From contig CAZBBK010000037.1 in assembly GCA_964490075.1 (NCBI GenBank), forward strand, positions 1-53,456: a DNA stretch of 53,456 nt, in the 5' to 3' direction. Shown in pieces: positions 50,105-53,456 of the stretch. The DNA comes from an uncultured Gemmatimonadota bacterium. GTDB taxonomy: Bacteria > GCA-2686955. The position numbers and the translations under genes are program-made. Positions within the stretch are counted from its first letter, which is position 1; every line of letters starts with the position of its first letter. The notes beneath the pieces were generated by a model. It was given only the letters and a program-made list of their open reading frames with translations, was not told the origin of the DNA and searched no databases.

Positions 50105-51268
50105 ATGCCTTCCCGCCCACGTAGTGCGCATCTCGCTCATCTGAGGCAGCTTCTCCGGCGCTCTCCAGTCGTGGGGCTGCTCGGGGCGCGCCAGGTCGGC
50201 AAGAGCACTCTGGCGCGCCAGTTGATCGCGAGCCACGAGGGACCTTCGCGCTTCTTCGATCTCGAAGATCCGCGGGACCTGGCGCAGCTCGACGAACCTA
50301 CTCTGGCTCTCGGGCCGTTGCGCGGCCTGGTGGTCCTCGACGAGGTTCAGCATCGCCCCGACCTGTTCTCTGTGCTGCGGGTGTTGGCCGACCGACCTCG
50401 CACGCCGGCGCGCTTCCTGGTGCTGGGAAGCGCCTCGCCCGAGCTGCTGCGGCAGAGCTCGGAGAGCCTGGCGGGGCGAATCGCCTACCACGAGCTCGGT
50501 GGCTTCGACCTCGAAGAGCTGGGGGTTGAGGTCTTGCAGCGACGATGGCTTCGGGGGGGCTTTCCCCGCTCCTACCTGGCTCGCAGCAACCAGGAGAGCT
50601 TTGAATGGCGGCGCGACTTCATCCGCACCTTTCTTTCGCGGGATCTGCCCCAGCTCGGCGTCTCCTTGCCGGCGCGGACGCTCGAACGTTTCTGGACCAT
50701 GCTGGCGCACTACCACGGCCAGGTCTGGAACGGCTCGGAGCTGGCGCGCTCCTTCGGCGTCTCCCAGCCAACCGTGCGGCGCTATGTCGATCTGCTCTCG
50801 GGTGCCTTCGTCCTCACCGTGCTGCCGCCCTGGGCGGAGAACATCGGCAAACGGGTGGTGAAATCGCCCAAGGTCTACGTGACCGACAGCGGTCTGCTGC
50901 ACGTTCTCCTGGGGTTGGTCTCGATGCGTGACCTGGAGCGTCATCCCAAGCTCGGCTCGAGCTGGGAGGGATTCATCCTCCATCAGCTCCTGCGCCTGAT
51001 GAGAGCCCGCCGCGAGGAGTGCTTCTTCTGGGCGACCCACGCCGGGGCGGAGCTCGATCTCTTGGTCGTTCGTGGCAACACTCGGCTCGGCTTCGAGGTC
51101 AAGCGCACCGATCGGCCGCGGATCAGCGCCTCGATGCGCAGCGCAATCGACACTCTGGGTCTGGAGCGCCTGCACCTGGTGCACGCCGGAAACGACTCAT
51201 TTCCACTCGCGAGCAACGTACAGGCAATCGCCGCGGCCGACCTGCTCGAGAGCATTCAGCCGCTCTGA
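50105..51268 (+). CDS. AAA+ ATPase with DUF4143 domain
   Basis: GARQVGKST, LDEVQ, LGSAS, ESLAGR, GGFP, KSPKVYVTDSG, ELDL...FEVK. Confidence 0.92.
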   Translation: MPSRPRSAHLAHLRQLLRRSPVVGLLGARQVGKSTLARQLIASHEGPSRFFDLEDPRDLAQLDEPTLALGPLRGLVVLDEVQHRPDLFSVLRVLADRPRTPARFLVLGSASPELLRQSSESLAGRIAYHELGGFDLEELGVEVLQRRWLRGGFPRSYLARSNQESFEWRRDFIRTFLSRDLPQLGVSLPARTLERFWTMLAHYHGQVWNGSELARSFGVSQPTVRRYVDLLSGAFVLTVLPPWAENIGKRVVKSPKVYVTDSGLLHVLLGLVSMRDLERHPKLGSSWEGFILHQLLRLMRARREECFFWATHAGAELDLLVVRGNTRLGFEVKRTDRPRISASMRSAIDTLGLERLHLVHAGNDSFPLASNVQAIAAADLLESIQPL

Positions 51269-51278
51269 GAAGCCACCC

Positions 51279-51866
51279 TCAACCCACGGCCACGCCCGCC
51301 CGGCGCGCGATCTCTCGTGATAGCTCGGCGTAATCGCGATAGCAGCTCCGAGCCGCCGTCGCATCGCCACCGATCGCGCCATCGGCCGGCAGGAGCACGA
51401 ACATCGGCTTGCGCGCCTCCTGCGCCGGCGCCATGAGGCTGCGATAGTGTTTGAGCGTAGCAAGGCAATGGGGATCGGTGCCGGACGGCATCTTCGTCGA
51501 CTGCTCGCCGAGGACTGCCTGGCGATAGGTGGATGGAATCCGGCTCATCCATTTCTCGCAGGCCTGAACCGGCCGGTCCAGGCCTACCGCGTGCTGCATG
51601 ACGATGTAGCCGAGCGGCGCCATGCTGCCCGCGGGCAGCTCCATCAAGGGCAGGATCGCGCCCAGGACCGTCCTGCTCTCTGGAGTGGCCGCCCACAGCG
51701 CCTCGAGTCGATCCTCGTCCAGAAACATCGTGGTCAGGTTCGCCTGCGGATCCAGATCGGCCGCGACAACGTTCAGGCCGAGCTCGGCGTACATGCAGGA
51801 GAGATGGAAGACCAGCGACGTCTTGCCGACTCCGCCCTTGTTGTTGAAGAAGGCGATGGTCTTCAT
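51279..51866 (-). pseudogene. ParA/MinD-family ATPase with in-frame internal deletion
   Basis: FNNKGGVGKT and DLDPQANLT, then a jump to the C-terminal LGYIVMQH...LKHYRSLM; no Walker B region. Confidence 0.75.
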
Positions 51867-52306
51867 GGCCGGGTCCTCATTGTGACGCTGACCGTTGTCG
51901 GCCGCACATCGAGCTCCATGCGCGGGTTTCCGTTCTCTCGGAGCAGCCTGCGCGCGGTGGCGAGCCCAACTCCGAAGCGCTGAACGAATCCCATCACCTT
52001 CATCGCCTCGGCCAGATTGGGATTGGTGAGCGGTGGAACCAGGTTGCCATCGCCCTTCATATCGGCGAGCTGGCGGAGGAGTCGGTCGGTGATGGCCAAT
52101 CCCGAAGGAGATCCGTCGTCCCGCGCGCCGACGAAGACCACGCCGGGACGCCGGTGGTTCGGAAGGTCGTTGGCAAAGGCGCAGAGCGCCTCTCTGACCT
52201 TCTTCGGCGCGTCGCCCTTCAGGCTCTCCTTGCGCTCGGCTCGGTCCGACTCGATGTCGCGCAGAAGCCCTTCGAGCTCGCTGGTCGGTATGGAGAGGTT
52301 GCTCAT
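51863..52306 (-). pseudogene. AlbA_2 (Schlafen-like) / RecG-C-like protein with in-frame internal deletion
   Basis: ESDRAERK, CAFAND...G.VFVGARDDG joined directly to NPNLAEAMKVMGFVQRFGVG. Confidence 0.75.
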
Positions 52307-52568
52307 GGCGGCAGGCTCGGGCGGTATTCGTTGATGCGGGCGGGCGCTTCTGGATCACCGGGGGGATATACGCTTCGGGGCTGCTCCTGATAGCTCCGCC
52401 GCCGCGGGGCGCGGACTGCCGGCCGAACCCCTTGCTCAACCGCCATTTCCCCGCGACCGCTGGTCCGTCGAGGAGCGCACGGAGAGCCTCGCCGGAGGGG
52501 CCGCTCGGTACGCCCCGGCCGGTGGCGCCCCGTCGATGGAGCGGCGGCACGCGGCCCCACCGCCCGGC

Positions 52569-52590
52569 CGACTCGCCTCGGGGCGAGTCG
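52569..52590. terminator. GC-rich hairpin beyond the trailer end of the array (possible terminator/processing stem)
   Basis: CGACTCGCC-TCGG-GGCGAGTCG, 9-bp perfect stem; no U-tract. Confidence 0.3.
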
Positions 52591-52640
52591 CGGCTTGCCG
52601 GGTGCGGCTGGTTCGGCTCCCGGGGTCGGGCCGGCGGGTG

Positions 52641-53456
52641 GACTCAAAGGAGCCACGGCCTTGCGGCCGTGGAGGCTGGGGCGCTCGTCGCTTTTGGCGT
52701 GGATGAGCTTCCCGTTTCAATGGAGCCACGGCCTTTCGGCCGTGGACGGCTCTCTCTCGCTCTCCCTCTTCGAGGCGGCAGCCGTTTCAATGGAGCCACG
52801 GTCGCGAGACCGTGGAAGGAGCTACCAACATGGGGGAGGCGCGCCGATAGAGCCGGATTCAAGCGAGCCCACGGCTTTCGACTGGGGAAGAGACACTTCT
52901 CTTCTCTGTACGTTTCCGTGAAGCGGTTGCAATGGGGCCACGGCTTCTCAACCGTGGAGAGAGTAACTCGAAGGTACCATGCATCCGCCAATTCTACTTC
53001 ATAGGTTCGGTGTTCGGACGAACTGGATTCCGGCTTTCGCCGGAATGACGGGGAAGGAGGCGTCGACGAGTGGATCGAGGGCCGGGTCTGTTTCGAGGCG
53101 GGCACACGCCCCACTCTGTGGACCGGGCGCCCTTCTGGTCATGTTTGGTCGCGCAGCCCTAGTCTCGACCAACCGTTCCCTAATCGCCATTCCGGCGAAA
53201 GCCGGAATCCACGCCGGCGGACTGGCCCGATCCGCGGGTACTCGCCCGGTTCCAACAAGGTAGAACCGATCCGGAGCTTCGATGGAGCCACGGTTTCTCA
53301 ACCGTGGAAGGGATCGTGTGTACACACCGAGTCTCCTGAGAAACTCCAGCTTCAATGGAGCCACGGTTTCTCAACCGTGGAAGGCCCGACCGACGCCGAT
53401 CGGGTAGCAGAGCTGCTCGGGCTTCAATGGAGCCACGGTTTCTCAACCGTGGAAGG
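52641..53456 (-). CRISPR. Type I-G CRISPR array, 36-bp repeat, at least 8 repeats, truncated by the window end
   Basis: + strand consensus GCTTCAATGGAGCCACGGTTTCTCAACCGTGGAAGG. Repeats start at 52641, 52714, 52784, 52856, 52926, 53276, 53349, 53421; spacers 34-37 bp. Minus strand ends in ATTGAAGC; divergent copies lie at the left (trailer) end. Confidence 0.95.
53023..53212. repeat. Inverted pair of REP/dRS3-like palindromic elements inside the array
   Basis: CTGGATTCCGGCTTTCGCCGGAATGACG (53023-53050) and CGCCATTCCGGCGAAAGCCGGAATCCAC (53185-53212) are reverse complements at 26/28 positions. Confidence 0.8.

Noticed and set aside
52460..52560. Faint repeat-like words (TCGAGGAGCGCACGG, TCGATGGAGCGGCGG) left of the array
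   Set aside because: Out of register with the ~71-bp period and no conserved stem.
1..53456. tRNA, rRNA, integrase or transposase genes
   Set aside because: None recognised by eye; a covariance-model scan would be needed to exclude small RNAs.

Overview
High-GC bacterial genomic window, probably from an uncultured lineage (taxon not determinable from sequence alone). Left two-thirds: several paralogous secreted right-handed beta-helix proteins sharing a distinctive C-terminal motif; beta-oxidation genes (OsmC, HAD-ECH fusion, thiolase, truncated acyl-CoA ligase); a complete A1-type aa3 cytochrome c oxidase cluster with tandem FNR-type boxes and its own Crp/Fnr gene; glyoxylate shunt (long ICL2-type isocitrate lyase plus malate synthase); ECF sigma/anti-sigma/periplasmic module; two hybrid histidine kinases; hpnCDE; a split RdgC-like pair; an S8 protease. 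Right third (~39.7 kb to end): a partly decayed defence island with a HEPN-MNT toxin-antitoxin pair, a type I-G (I-U) CRISPR-Cas operon (cas3-csx17-csb1-csb2; csx17 frameshifted; no cas1/2/4 in window), an orphan antitoxin, a DUF4143 ATPase, internally deleted ParA-like and AlbA_2 genes, and a CRISPR array running off the window end. Most notable: compensatory stem changes in the trailer-end CRISPR repeats, a REP-like inverted-repeat pair inside the array, a ~72-aa ACT/ferredoxin-like insertion in the Cas3 HD domain, and the beta-helix family with its conserved tail. All family assignments are from motif recognition, not database searches.
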